A DNA stretch of 64,000 bases from Candidatus Woesebacteria bacterium (GCA_013374835.1 CP055307.1:813304-877303), one strand, 5' to 3'. Counted from the stretch's first letter, positions 10,274 to 20,942 are shown. A program made the numbers and translations. Notes: a model not told the origin generated them from the letters alone.

Positions 10274-11089
10274 TTAGGTCTCTTCAAATTCTTTGACAAT
10301 TTCTTTCATAAACTGGTTTGCTTCCCTTAAAAATTGGTTTGATTCTTGAAGAAGGCTGATTGTATTATTGTAAACTTTTTCTAAATCCTTGTCTTTGATA
10401 CTACCGGACTGTATCGACGCAATATTGGTCTGAGCGGCTACTTCTTTGTCTATACTTCTTGTTAGCTTGTTTTCTGTTTCTATGATCCATCTTTCTATTT
10501 TTGTGGTATCGTGATCACCTTTTTGACGAACTTTTTCGGTTTTATTTTTGATATCCTCCAGGATGGAGCTTGTTTCGGTCTTAAATATTTCCACCTTTCC
10601 GACGGGTACAACAAGAAGGACTTCGTAAATTAAAGGTTTAGTTAAAAAAAAATGCTCTGCAGCCTCAAGCGAATCTTCTGAAAGATCAGTAAGTGTTCCA
10701 GCAGAGGGAATCTGGCTTTTGTGATTTTTAAACCAGGCCACTTCGCTATCTATTCGTGTAAAAAGCCCTTGTTTTTCGGCATCCGTAATCCCATCCGATT
10801 CGGAAAGAAGCATTCTTAATGTAGTAAGATATGTTATTACCACGTCGTCTCTTTTTTCAAGCATTATTGCCGTTGCGTCTCTGGCTTTTGTTTGAGATGC
10901 AAGAGTTTTTGCCTGATTATACTGAGTTTTGGCAAGAAGATAATCAGAGTGTGCCTTTTTATAAAGCTCGAAGGTATAAACATAATCTTTGTAGGCTTTT
11001 TGATAATCAAAATCTTCTTGGGAAAAAGTGACGTGGACCGAGAAGAAAAATAGTATAAAAAATAAAAGAATCCCCAAGAGTCTTTTCAT
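10274..11089 (-). CDS. Hypothetical secreted helical protein
   Basis: Signal peptide, long amphipathic helices. Confidence 0.65.
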   Translation of the reverse strand: MKRLLGILLFFILFFFSVHVTFSQEDFDYQKAYKDYVYTFELYKKAHSDYLLAKTQYNQAKTLASQTKARDATAIMLEKRDDVVITYLTTLRMLLSESDGITDAEKQGLFTRIDSEVAWFKNHKSQIPSAGTLTDLSEDSLEAAEHFFLTKPLIYEVLLVVPVGKVEIFKTETSSILEDIKNKTEKVRQKGDHDTTKIERWIIETENKLTRSIDKEVAAQTNIASIQSGSIKDKDLEKVYNNTISLLQESNQFLREANQFMKEIVKEFEET

Positions 11090-11113
11090 AGAATTTATTG
11101 TAGCAAAAAATGC

Positions 11114-12460
11114 TTAACAGATTCTATATAAAGGATCACTAAGAATAATCCTTATTCTGTTTAATTGTTTCCTCATTTTTTTAAACCCGGTAGATTCATT
11201 TTGTCTTATTCTTTCTCTTGTTACTCCAAAAATTTTTGCAATTTCTTCGAGTGTAAGACCTTCTCTTTCATAAATTTTCCTGAATAAATTTATATCTACC
11301 TCATCCAATTCGTTTGGATTGCTTGGTAACGGGATATCAAGATTAAGGTCTGAAATATACTGAAGGTATTCTTTATCGTTACTAAAAGATACATCTTCCC
11401 CAATTAAAGAGCCACTTCGCAGCAAAAGTACTGCAATTTCTCTTTTGCTAAAATCGTATTTTGTTTTTCTAGCTTGATTTTCATTTTTTGCAAGAGTCAG
11501 TAAATATTCTCTTATACTGCGACGGAAATCTTTATGTGATATTTCATAGTCTATATTAGAGTTCGTATCCCTTACGGTCTCGCCAAGAGTTATGTCATTA
11601 TTATCTTTGCCATTTATTTCTAATGGCTTATCAAGAGATGTCGGTTTTTGAACAGATTCGCGTATAAATCTAATTGTATTTACACTAATACCTAAATCTT
11701 CGGCTATTTCTTCATCGGTTATGTTTGTGCTTCCTAAATGCTGGAATAGCTTTTCCTCAGAACGTCTAATGCGAAAATAAAGATGAGTTATATCTTCAGG
11801 GAATTTTATTAGCCGACCGTTGCTTTTGATATAGCGAAGTATTGCTTGCCTCACCCAAATAGAAGCATATGTAGAAAATCTTTTACCAAGAGTGTGGTCA
11901 TACTTTTGTACGGCTTTTATTAAACCAATTGTTCCTTCCTGAACAAGATCTTCGAGCGGTATATTTAATCTGTTGTTTTCGTATTTGCGTGCAACAAAGA
12001 GCACAAGCCCCAAATTGGCTTCAATCATAATTTGTGCAGCTTTTTCGGATGTTTCGGGATCGAACGCAGTGGAATTTATCATCTTTGAAAGAAATATTTC
12101 TTCAGGATGTGTAAGAAGGCGTACGTTCCTGTGTTTTTTTGAATACCGGCTTATAATAAATTCTTCAAAATATTCGTCCGTTAATATGGAATCTTTTGAA
12201 CCTGTTGCTATCTTGTGATTTTCAGACGACCAATAATTTTCATCAAAAACTGCTATCGCTGCAAGTATTGCCAATACCCTTTGGTGCGTATTTTCATCGG
12301 TTATTCCCAATTCCGAAAGGTGCACTTGAGATATGGCAACAGGCTCTTTACCGAATTCGTGAAGCAAAGGGGCATAACCATAGAGTTCACGAATTCTGAT
12401 TGATACTTTGAAATATTTATCCTGTTCTAAATTTTTGGGTATATTAAATTCTACAGTCAT
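11114..12460 (-). CDS. Divergent RpoD-like sigma-70 factor
   Basis: EANLGLV..VARKY, DLVQEG.IGLIKAV.KYD...G.RFSTYA, SLDKP, TLEEIA..FGVTRERIRQ. Confidence 0.85.
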   Translation of the reverse strand: MTVEFNIPKNLEQDKYFKVSIRIRELYGYAPLLHEFGKEPVAISQVHLSELGITDENTHQRVLAILAAIAVFDENYWSSENHKIATGSKDSILTDEYFEEFIISRYSKKHRNVRLLTHPEEIFLSKMINSTAFDPETSEKAAQIMIEANLGLVLFVARKYENNRLNIPLEDLVQEGTIGLIKAVQKYDHTLGKRFSTYASIWVRQAILRYIKSNGRLIKFPEDITHLYFRIRRSEEKLFQHLGSTNITDEEIAEDLGISVNTIRFIRESVQKPTSLDKPLEINGKDNNDITLGETVRDTNSNIDYEISHKDFRRSIREYLLTLAKNENQARKTKYDFSKREIAVLLLRSGSLIGEDVSFSNDKEYLQYISDLNLDIPLPSNPNELDEVDINLFRKIYEREGLTLEEIAKIFGVTRERIRQNESTGFKKMRKQLNRIRIILSDPLYRIC

Positions 12461-12515
12461 ATTGAGGCGGAATATAACAGCTTTTCAGAGTGTTTGTCAA
12501 TTTTTAACCCGTAGT

Positions 12516-13166
12516 TCAGCCAAGAGCTGTTAGTGTTTCTATCGAAATATCTGTAAAATCGTCAACAACAAAATCTGCTCCCTCAAGGCTTTCGAACCCC
12601 TCGTGATTCGCGATCCCAATTGCTTTCATACCCGCTCTCTTTGCCGCCATTATCCCGGCGTTTGCATCTTCAAAAACCACGCATTCTTCAGGGATAACTT
12701 CGAGTTTTTTTGCTGTTAACAAAAATATATCCGGCGCCGGTTTTGAATTCTCAACTTCTTCGATTGTGGTAAAAATGTTGAAGAATTTTCTGAGTTTAAA
12801 TCTCCTGTTAACGATTTCTAAAACGTGTTTATCGTTTGATGTAGCAAGCGCTTTTTTTAAATTGTGCCTTGCCAGCTCCACAGCGAATTTTTCAAAACCT
12901 TTTTTAAATGTTACTCTATCTATAAGGCTTAAATACTTTGACTGTGTTTTATTTATCAAATCTTTGATTGAAAGGTCTGTTTTTATATCGTATTTTTTAA
13001 TAAATTTGAGCCAATTTGCCTGAAGTCCCACTCCTGATGTTTGAGGATGGGGATCTTTTGTCTCTATCCCCAATTCGGACAAGACTTGATTAAACGCCTC
13101 TGCGTAAACCGACTCGTTTGACAGGATTGTGCCATCCAAATCAAAAATTGCAGCCTTTATTTTCAT
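12516..13166 (-). CDS. HAD-superfamily phosphatase (beta-PGM/CbbY-like)
   Basis: IFDLDGT, LATS, KPAPDIF, VFEDA motifs. Confidence 0.9.
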   Translation of the reverse strand: MKIKAAIFDLDGTILSNESVYAEAFNQVLSELGIETKDPHPQTSGVGLQANWLKFIKKYDIKTDLSIKDLINKTQSKYLSLIDRVTFKKGFEKFAVELARHNLKKALATSNDKHVLEIVNRRFKLRKFFNIFTTIEEVENSKPAPDIFLLTAKKLEVIPEECVVFEDANAGIMAAKRAGMKAIGIANHEGFESLEGADFVVDDFTDISIETLTALG

Positions 13167-13170
13167 AAAC

Positions 13171-14601
13171 TTATGCTTTTAATATACGCGAGCCCTCTCT
13201 TGTGTCGATAATTTTATAACCTTTAAGCTCTATTTCTTTTCTTAGTTTATCTGCATTTAGATAGTCACCTTTTTTTCTAAATTCATCTCTTTGTGCATTA
13301 AGACTTAATATTTTTTGAGGAATTTCAGCCCCGGCGCTACTTATTTCAGCTATTTTAAGACCCAAAACTTCGTCAAAAAGATACATCAAATCCAGCTTAT
13401 CCGAGCTTGGAATATTGCTTTTTACAACCGCCCAGAGGACAGCCAACGCCTTTGGTGCATTGAGGTTGTCATTTATGCTACTTATAAAATCTTGCCTGAA
13501 AGAATCTATTTTTTGCATTTTTTCTTCGGAAAGAGTTTTTCTTTCACTTTCGTTTTCATTTTTTATTTCTCTTGCAATAGAGTATAAATTAGAAAGTGTG
13601 TTTTGTGCTGATTCGAGTGCTTCCCAAGTGAAATTTAGCGGATCTTGATAGTGTGCGTTTAAGTATAAATATCTAAGAGCAATCGGGTTTATTTTTTTCT
13701 TTTCAACATCCGAAACCGTATAAAAATTACCAAGACTTTTGCTCATTTTTTTACCTTCGACCAGAAGAAAGCGCACGTGAAGCCAATATTTTACAAACAG
13801 CTTCCCTGTCGCACCTTCCGATTGAGCAATTTCATTCGGATGATGAATTTGTTTTAGATCTTCTCCGCCTGCGTGAATATCAAAGGATTCTCCCAAGTAT
13901 TTCATGCTCATGGCCGAGCACTCGAGATGCCAACCAGGAAAACCTATTCCCCAAGGACTTTCCCATTCCATATGCCGCTCGCCGGGATTATTGCTAAGTT
14001 TCCACAAGGCAAAATCTCTGGGGTCTTTTTTCTGGAGATTTTTTGAAACGCGCGCGCCTTCTTTTATTTCGTCAAGATCGCTTAACTGTCCGTATTTTTT
14101 GCCTGTTGCTTCTTCAAATTTTTTTATATCGAAATAGATCCCGTCGTCGATTCTGTAGGTTAAGCCTTTTGATTCGAGATTTTTAATCAGTTCAACCTGC
14201 TCTTTAATATGATCAGTGGCCCTTGCAAAAAGCGTTGGCTGCGAAAGATTTAATTTTTTAAAATCGCTTAAAAATGCCTTGGAATAAAAATCAGCAATTT
14301 GCCACGCTGTTTTACCTTCTCTTTTTGCTCCTTTTTCCATTCTATCCTCACCAGTATCCGCATCTCCCTGATTATCGCCAGTAAGATGGCCTACATCAGT
14401 AAGGTTCATAACGTATTTAACCTTGTAGCCATTGAATCTAAGTGTCCTATAAAGAACATCTGCAACTGTATATGTTCTAAAGTTGCCGATTGAGGCATAA
14501 TCATAAACCGTCGGGCCGCAAGTGTACATTTTTACTTCGTCAGAATTAAGAGGCGTGAACTCTTCAACTTTTCTGGTAAGCGAATTGTAAATTTTAAGCA
14601 T
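13171..14601 (-). CDS. cysS: Cysteine--tRNA ligase
   Basis: MYTCGPTVY, SIGN, DFALWK, PGWHLECSAM, KMSKS. Confidence 0.97.
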   Translation of the reverse strand: MLKIYNSLTRKVEEFTPLNSDEVKMYTCGPTVYDYASIGNFRTYTVADVLYRTLRFNGYKVKYVMNLTDVGHLTGDNQGDADTGEDRMEKGAKREGKTAWQIADFYSKAFLSDFKKLNLSQPTLFARATDHIKEQVELIKNLESKGLTYRIDDGIYFDIKKFEEATGKKYGQLSDLDEIKEGARVSKNLQKKDPRDFALWKLSNNPGERHMEWESPWGIGFPGWHLECSAMSMKYLGESFDIHAGGEDLKQIHHPNEIAQSEGATGKLFVKYWLHVRFLLVEGKKMSKSLGNFYTVSDVEKKKINPIALRYLYLNAHYQDPLNFTWEALESAQNTLSNLYSIAREIKNENESERKTLSEEKMQKIDSFRQDFISSINDNLNAPKALAVLWAVVKSNIPSSDKLDLMYLFDEVLGLKIAEISSAGAEIPQKILSLNAQRDEFRKKGDYLNADKLRKEIELKGYKIIDTREGSRILKA

Positions 14602-14627
14602 ATTAAGATTATACAACTTATATGTTT

Positions 14628-15062
14628 TTAATTTTTTGCGCCACGGCCGGTTTCGCGAAATGCCATTTTTTGCATTATTTTTGCCTTAATGCCTTTTGCA
14701 GAAGGAAATCCTCTCTTAGGTTTACTTTCAGGTACTATTAATCCTTTCTCTTCCTCATCATCTTTTCCAATTAACTCTTCCTGCTTCTGAGACCATTCCT
14801 TATATTCTTTTTGCCTTTTTTCGAAAAGCAATTTTTCTTCGTCTTGAATTTCTCTCAAGCGCTTTCGCCAGAACGCAAGCAATTCTTCTTCCTTTTTTTT
14901 AAGATCTTCTTTTTTAAGCCTAGCTGTTTCTTGCTTGGCAAATAAGGGCGGATTTATTGCTCTTTCGGATGACAATCCCGCTTGATTTAATGCGGATTTT
15001 AAGAATTCTCTTGATTCGTCTTTTGCAAATTTTAATAGCTTTTGCTTTGGTTTTTGATTCAT
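14628..15062 (-). CDS. Hypothetical charged coiled-coil protein
   Basis: Overlaps recR stop (ATGA coupling); no recognised motif. Confidence 0.55.
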   Translation of the reverse strand: MNQKPKQKLLKFAKDESREFLKSALNQAGLSSERAINPPLFAKQETARLKKEDLKKKEEELLAFWRKRLREIQDEEKLLFEKRQKEYKEWSQKQEELIGKDDEEEKGLIVPESKPKRGFPSAKGIKAKIMQKMAFRETGRGAKN

Positions 15063-15673
15063 AGCGCTTTTCTGCCCTCGAATGATTCTATTAATGTTGA
15101 TTCGTCTGCAAATTCGAGAGAGGCACCTGTCGGAATACCTACTCCAAGGCGGCTTATAATTAATCCCTTACCGTTTGAGGATTTAAGATTTTTTATTCTT
15201 TTGACAAGATACATCGAAGTTGCCTCGCCTTCCATTGTGGGATTTGTGGCGATTATTACTTCTTTTACCCTTGGGCTTTTGACTCGTGATATTAGGTCTT
15301 CAATATAAAGCTCATCAGGCCCTATATTTTCAAGAGGATTTATTGATCCGTGGAGCACGTGATATACGCCTTTATATTTTCCTGTCTTTTCAAAAGCCAA
15401 GATATCAAGCGGCTGTTCAACTATAAGAATTTGTGATTTATCTCTTGATTGATCTTTACACACAGGGCACGGATCTACCTCCGAAACGTTTTTACAAATA
15501 CTGCAAAGCACTGTGTGCCTTTTAAGGTTTGCGAGAGCTTCCGAGAAACTATCAAGCTCTTCTTGGGGTACATGCAGAAGATAAAAGCTTAAGCGCTGTG
15601 CGGTCTTGGGGCCAATACCAGGAAGCTTTTCAAAAGACTCTATTAAATTTTTTAATGGTTTTGCTATTTTCAT
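15059..15673 (-). CDS. recR: Recombination mediator RecR
   Basis: LPGIGPKTAQRL HhH, C4 zinc finger, TOPRIM EVIIATNPTMEGEATS. Confidence 0.97.
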   Translation of the reverse strand: MKIAKPLKNLIESFEKLPGIGPKTAQRLSFYLLHVPQEELDSFSEALANLKRHTVLCSICKNVSEVDPCPVCKDQSRDKSQILIVEQPLDILAFEKTGKYKGVYHVLHGSINPLENIGPDELYIEDLISRVKSPRVKEVIIATNPTMEGEATSMYLVKRIKNLKSSNGKGLIISRLGVGIPTGASLEFADESTLIESFEGRKAL

Positions 15674-15712
15674 GTCTATGGTAATTTTAGCAAAGAAGTT
15701 AAGAAGTAGATA

Positions 15713-15997
15713 TTATTTTAATCCACCAAGAAGACCACTTAGGCCGCCGCCCATTTCCATCATTTTTTGGGCTGCTTTTTTTTGTACTTTTTTGAAAGCT
15801 TCGTTTACAACCTTTTCGATGTCTTCGCGTCTTTCTTCGCCGTCTTTGATATAAATTACTTTTTGATCAGCCGACACTTTGACGACGATATTATCTTTTT
15901 CAACCGTTTCGGTCACTTCAGCAAGCTCGCTTTGAAGCTTTTTAGCTTGCTTTCGCATTTCCAAAAGTTCTTTTCCTTTTTGAATTTTGTCAAACAT
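15713..15997 (-). CDS. ybaB: YbaB/EbfC nucleoid-associated protein
   Basis: dnaX-ybaB-recR synteny and family profile. Confidence 0.85.
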   Translation of the reverse strand: MFDKIQKGKELLEMRKQAKKLQSELAEVTETVEKDNIVVKVSADQKVIYIKDGEERREDIEKVVNEAFKKVQKKAAQKMMEMGGGLSGLLGGLK

Positions 15998-15999
15998 AT

Positions 16000-17436
16000 T
16001 TAATTTCCGAAAATTTCCTTAGCTGCTTGAATTATATCTTCATCCTGTCCTTGAGTCAAAGGTATTTCTTTTTTGACAGGTAATGGCTTTTTTCTCTCTG
16101 TAAGCTTAAGACTTACTTTTATTTTTTCACCTGTCACTTCTTCAAGGATTTTTTCAAGCATCGATTTATTTTTTTGCTCCTCAAGCTGCTCTTTATGAAA
16201 TCTATAGTAAACACCTATTGTCAGATTTGAACCGTTATAACTCAAGGGCTCTGTTGCGCGAAGAAGGGCTTCTATTGTCGTATTTTTTCCTCTGATCTCA
16301 GAAAGAAAGCGAAACCAGAGCTTTTCGTCAAACGCGTTAAAAACAAGCGGTTCAGGTGTGATCTTTTTTGTTTTTTTTAATTTTTTTTTAACAATAACTG
16401 GCTCTTTTTTCTTTAAACACCATTTGCAGGCTGCGATCTCAAGAGGCAAATAAGGAATCGGAGAGAAAGAAAAATCTTTAGATGAAGAAATCAAAAGTTT
16501 AATAAGGCTTATTATTTCTTTTTTGGAAAAGCCATAATCCGTGTAATTAACAACGCCTTCTTTTGAAAGAAGTGCTTTTCTGAGCTCTTCAACAAGAGCT
16601 TCGATGAACCGATTGGGGTTAACGTTCTCATCCGACATTTTTTGAAGCAGATTTAAGATTTTTAGATTATCTTTTTGATAAAGCAGCTTTATAAAAATTT
16701 CTACATTTACCTCTTCCACCTCCAAAAGATATTTTTTTGCTTCTTTGAACTTAATTGAGTTTTTAACAATCAGGCTTTCAAGAATCTTTGCGGCATCCCG
16801 GAAGGAGCCGTCCGAAACTTTGGCTATCAAAGAAACCACGCCGTCTTCAACATCTAGCTTTTCACCTTTAATTATTCTTGTAAGCTGCCTATTAATCTCC
16901 GCTTCGTTTGCTTTTTTAAAGGGAACCAGTATTAAACGAGATCTTACTGTAGCAGGAAGCTTTTCCGGCTCAGTAGTGGCTAGGATAAATACTACGTGAC
17001 TTGGCGGCTCTTCAAGAGTTTTGAGAAATGCGTTTGCGGCTTCTATTGTAAGCATGTGCGCTTCATCTATGATGTAAATTTTTTTCCTTGAATTTACTGG
17101 CGAAAGGGCTATGCTTTCTTTGAGGGATCTAATATCATCTATGCCGCGATTACTTGCCGCATCAAGCTCGATAACATCCATACTTTGACCTTTTTCTATG
17201 GCTTTACATTGAGCGCATTTGTTGCAAGGTTCAGAAAGCTTGTCTTTGTTTTTCTCGCAGTTAATTGCCTTTGCCAGAATCCTTGCTGCTGAAGTTTTGC
17301 CGGTACCTTTAGGACCTGCAAACAAAAAGCCATGTGGCAGAGATTTTGCTTCGATTATCTTTTTGAGTGAAACCCTTACACTTTCTAGGTCCAGTTCATC
17401 TATTTTCTGAGGCCTGTATTTAAGATAAAGCGTCAT
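16000..17436 (-). CDS. dnaX: DNA polymerase III gamma/tau
   Basis: LYLKYRP, GPKGTGKTS, C4 zinc, IDEAHML, SRL. Confidence 0.97.
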   Translation of the reverse strand: MTLYLKYRPQKIDELDLESVRVSLKKIIEAKSLPHGFLFAGPKGTGKTSAARILAKAINCEKNKDKLSEPCNKCAQCKAIEKGQSMDVIELDAASNRGIDDIRSLKESIALSPVNSRKKIYIIDEAHMLTIEAANAFLKTLEEPPSHVVFILATTEPEKLPATVRSRLILVPFKKANEAEINRQLTRIIKGEKLDVEDGVVSLIAKVSDGSFRDAAKILESLIVKNSIKFKEAKKYLLEVEEVNVEIFIKLLYQKDNLKILNLLQKMSDENVNPNRFIEALVEELRKALLSKEGVVNYTDYGFSKKEIISLIKLLISSSKDFSFSPIPYLPLEIAACKWCLKKKEPVIVKKKLKKTKKITPEPLVFNAFDEKLWFRFLSEIRGKNTTIEALLRATEPLSYNGSNLTIGVYYRFHKEQLEEQKNKSMLEKILEEVTGEKIKVSLKLTERKKPLPVKKEIPLTQGQDEDIIQAAKEIFGN

Positions 17437-17486
17437 AGGATCAATAAACAATTTACTAGTTTTGAATGATTATTAAAAGAGGTATT

Positions 17487-17885
17487 TTAATCGTGGTGAA
17501 TGCCAATGAGGTGAAGTGAGCCGTGTTCTACGAGTGATAAAACAGAATCTTCAATTAACATTTTTTCTTTTTCGGCAATTTCAACCGCTTTCTCAAAAGA
17601 AACAACAATTTCTCCCAAGTAAATTTTTTTTTCAGGCGGAAAAACAAAATGCTTTTTTATCTCAGCATTCGGGAACGAAAGCACAGGATGGCTGTCGGCC
17701 AAAGAATCCTTTTCTTTAAGATATTGTTTTGCCATTTTTACTACTTTGGTGTGAGAAAGTAACGCTACGGAAGCTTCCGAATCCGAGACTATTCCGTTTT
17801 CAACCAGCGTTTTTTTGACTGCATCTTTAATCTTTTTGGCGCTAACAGGATATTGTTTATCTTTGAATACTGTAATTTTAATCAT
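17487..17885 (-). CDS. ybeY: Endoribonuclease YbeY
   Basis: VLSFP, LGEIVVS, HGSLHLIGIHH metal motif. Confidence 0.9.
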   Translation of the reverse strand: MIKITVFKDKQYPVSAKKIKDAVKKTLVENGIVSDSEASVALLSHTKVVKMAKQYLKEKDSLADSHPVLSFPNAEIKKHFVFPPEKKIYLGEIVVSFEKAVEIAEKEKMLIEDSVLSLVEHGSLHLIGIHHD

Positions 17886-18325
17886 TTCTGAAGCAATTTT
17901 TTAAGACGCTCGGCAATTCTTTCTGGTCTTGCTCTGCTTTTAAGTTTTGGCACTAAAACACCCATAATTTGTCCCATTTGAGACATATCTGCCTTTGGAA
18001 AATTAACAAGTTCTTTTTGAATTTGTCTATCGAGATCTTCATCCGAAATTTCAGGAGGAAAAAATTCTTTTAATACAGAGAGTTCTTTCTGTTCTTTTTC
18101 GAAAAGATCTATGCGTGAGGCTTTCTTATATGCATCCATTGCTTCAACTCTCTTTTTGGCTTCTTTTCTCACGACAGCAATCTCTTCTTCCTCGCTTAGA
18201 CTTCTACCTTTTTCAATTCTTTCGTAATTAAGAGCAGAAGAAAGCATTCTTAGTGTTGACAGGCGCACTTGATCCTTGGATTTCAGGGCGTTGGCAATTT
18301 TTTCTACTAGAGAATCAGTAATCAT
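17882..18325 (-). CDS. GatB/YqeY domain protein
   Basis: ALKSKD..RLSTLRML, KE.KKR.EA...Y....R.DL..KE..E. Confidence 0.9.
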   Translation of the reverse strand: MITDSLVEKIANALKSKDQVRLSTLRMLSSALNYERIEKGRSLSEEEEIAVVRKEAKKRVEAMDAYKKASRIDLFEKEQKELSVLKEFFPPEISDEDLDRQIQKELVNFPKADMSQMGQIMGVLVPKLKSRARPERIAERLKKLLQK

Positions 18326-18645
18326 ACTTTCCTTTCTTTTGTAATCCCTGCCAAAAAATGTATATGCATATGCTTAACCAAAGCCGCATTACCGATATTT
18401 GTAGCTAGACGAAAACCATCTAAACCCATTTTTTTGTAAAACGATATGGCAATTTGCCTTGCTTTTTCCCACGTCAAGCCATCTGTATCCGATATGTCTT
18501 TTATATGTTTTTTGGGCACTATCAAAAAATGTATGGGTGCGCTTGGATTGATATCTTTAAAAACAACAAAATCATCGTCCTCGTATTCAAAATCTACAGG
18601 GATTTTCTTATTTACAATCTTACAAAAGATACAATCCTCTTTCAT
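18322..18645 (-). CDS. HIT-family nucleotide hydrolase
   Basis: CIFCKI, DINP.APIH, HMHIH triad. Confidence 0.93.
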   Translation of the reverse strand: MKEDCIFCKIVNKKIPVDFEYEDDDFVVFKDINPSAPIHFLIVPKKHIKDISDTDGLTWEKARQIAISFYKKMGLDGFRLATNIGNAALVKHMHIHFLAGITKERKV

Positions 18646-18689
18646 TCTGAAAGCAGTATACTTTTTCGGGGCTAAATAGGCAAGACGCT

Positions 18690-19700
18690 CTAGATTAATT
18701 TCACTATTTCTTTTGCCAGCTTATCTGAGTCATGCCTTATAAGAGACCTTCTTAATTTATCTCCTTTTTGCGACCTATATATATTTTTTGAAACCAAATC
18801 TTTTAATACAACTTTTAATTTACTGTTTGATTTCAAGTCGTTTACTACGTATTCCGAGTGGGCTTTTTTGTATTTTTTCAATACTTCTTTGGGAAAAGTT
18901 TTGTTTCTGTTAACCAGACAAACATCGACAACTTCTCCCCCCAAATATTTATTGATCTCATTAAGATAATCAGAACTTCTAAAACCCATTGTCTGTCCAA
19001 ATTTATTCATCAGATTTACAATAAAAATTTTTTTAGCGGCTGAAGAACGAATTGATTTTGCCACCCCACCCACCACAAAATTGCATATTATGCTTGTATA
19101 TAGATCGCCGGGACCAATTATTATACAATCGGCCTTTCTTATAGCGTTTATTGCTTCCGGATTTGCTTTGGCAGGAGGAAAAACTTCTATTTTTACAATT
19201 TTTTGATTTCCGTTTTTTTTAACAGGTTCATCAATTAGATGTTCTCCTAAAATTTTTTCTCCATTTTCGTAATGAGCGACGAGATGAGTATTATCAAAAG
19301 TTACAGGTATTACTTCACCGCCAACCCCCAAAAGCCTGCATGTTGCTTTAATTGCTTTTTTCTGGGATCCATAAATATCACTAAGAGCGGCCATGAAGAG
19401 ATTACCAAAAGTCATTCCAGAAATTCCTGTCCCCTGCGAATACCTATATGTAAAAAGTTCTCTTATTATGCCGTTTGCGTCTTCTGATGCAAGCGCTACT
19501 ATGCACTGCCTAATGTCCGATGTAGGAAGGATGCCAAACTCATCCCTTAATACCCTATTGCTACCACCAGAGTCAGTCATTGATACGATAGCAGATATAT
19601 GAACAGGATATTTTTTTAGCCCCTTAAGGACAGTATATGTGCCGGTACCACCACCTATTACGGCAACCCTTGCGGCTTTAGTCGTCCCTTGCTTGATCAT
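18690..19700 (-). CDS. yvcK: YvcK/CofD-like protein (gluconeogenesis morphogenetic factor family)
   Basis: IGGGTG, DSGGS..LR, GPGDLYTS, RHDS.KLA. Confidence 0.88.
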   Translation of the reverse strand: MIKQGTTKAARVAVIGGGTGTYTVLKGLKKYPVHISAIVSMTDSGGSNRVLRDEFGILPTSDIRQCIVALASEDANGIIRELFTYRYSQGTGISGMTFGNLFMAALSDIYGSQKKAIKATCRLLGVGGEVIPVTFDNTHLVAHYENGEKILGEHLIDEPVKKNGNQKIVKIEVFPPAKANPEAINAIRKADCIIIGPGDLYTSIICNFVVGGVAKSIRSSAAKKIFIVNLMNKFGQTMGFRSSDYLNEINKYLGGEVVDVCLVNRNKTFPKEVLKKYKKAHSEYVVNDLKSNSKLKVVLKDLVSKNIYRSQKGDKLRRSLIRHDSDKLAKEIVKLI

Positions 19701-20926
19701 TTTTGGGAAGCAAAATAATCAGATAAATATTCTTTGTCTATAAGTTGAACTTGTTCGGAAGATCTTTCTTTTATTTCAACTTTGGAGTCCGTCTTTTTTG
19801 ATACAACTATTCTAATTGGAATGCCTATAAGATCTGCATCTTTAAGTTTTTCTCCAGCTCCTATTTCTCTATCATCCCAAAGGACTTCAATACCTTGATC
19901 TATTAATGATTTGTATAGCTTTTCCGTTTCCTTTGCTCCGGGAAGCTCGAGCAAATGAACATCAAAAGGAGCTATCTGGGGTGACCAGATTATTCCGGAA
20001 TCATCATGGGACACCTCGACCCAAGCTCCAATGGCGCGCGATGTTCCTATACCGTAGCTTCCAAAATAAACAGGTTTTCTTTTCCCGTTTTTATCGGTAA
20101 AGTGAACATTCATTCTTTCAGAATAGTAAGTGCCGAAAGAAAATATATTTCCAACTTCTATTGATTTTGCTTTTGAAATACTGTCCTTTTTGCATAAGGG
20201 ACATTTATTCCCTCCTTTGAAAATCTCTTTATTTTGCGCCCAGCCACAGGATTTACAATAGTAGATTGTGTCCTCGCCAGAATCTGCAATGACCTGAAAT
20301 TCGTGGGTTATATTGTCTGTAAAAACACCTCCGCCCGCTTCCGTAACTATTGTTTCAAAGCCTATTCTAGAAAAAATATTTAAATAAGCTTTTTTGACTT
20401 TTTCATAAAATCCATTTAGATCTTCTTCGTTTTCGTGAATACTGTAAAGATCCTTCATCAAAAACTCTCTTCCACGCAATATTCCAGAACGGGCGCGTAG
20501 TTCGTTTCTAAATTTTGTTGAAAAATGGTAAAGCGCTAGAGGTAAGTCTTGATAGCTTGAGATATGTTTTCTGACGAGATCCAGAAAAATTTCTTCATGT
20601 GTAAAAGAGAGAGCAAAATCTTTCTTTCTTGTATCTTTAAGCTTATACATTACTTCATCAGCCTTGTCCCATCTCCCTGTTTCATTCCAAATCGTTTTTG
20701 GATGCAAAAGAGGCATGAGAATTTCTTGACAGCCGATTTTATTTAATTCTTCTCGGATTATGTTTTCAATTTTATAGACAACTCTTTTTCCCAAGGGAAG
20801 AAGCGTCCAAGAGCCCGTCATAAGCTGATCAATAAAACCCGCTTGAACAAGAAGGCGATGGTTTATACTTTCTGCTTTTTGGGGGGACTCTTTTTTGGTT
20901 CTAGGAAAAAGCTCACTTTGCCTCAT
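19697..20926 (-). CDS. proS: Proline--tRNA ligase (short form, no editing domain)
   Basis: MRQS.LF, THEE, KFRNE.R...G..RGREF.MKD.YS, IEVGNIF, YGIG.SR. Confidence 0.95.
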   Translation of the reverse strand: MRQSELFPRTKKESPQKAESINHRLLVQAGFIDQLMTGSWTLLPLGKRVVYKIENIIREELNKIGCQEILMPLLHPKTIWNETGRWDKADEVMYKLKDTRKKDFALSFTHEEIFLDLVRKHISSYQDLPLALYHFSTKFRNELRARSGILRGREFLMKDLYSIHENEEDLNGFYEKVKKAYLNIFSRIGFETIVTEAGGGVFTDNITHEFQVIADSGEDTIYYCKSCGWAQNKEIFKGGNKCPLCKKDSISKAKSIEVGNIFSFGTYYSERMNVHFTDKNGKRKPVYFGSYGIGTSRAIGAWVEVSHDDSGIIWSPQIAPFDVHLLELPGAKETEKLYKSLIDQGIEVLWDDREIGAGEKLKDADLIGIPIRIVVSKKTDSKVEIKERSSEQVQLIDKEYLSDYFASQK

Positions 20927-20942
20927 TTAAGATAGTATATAT

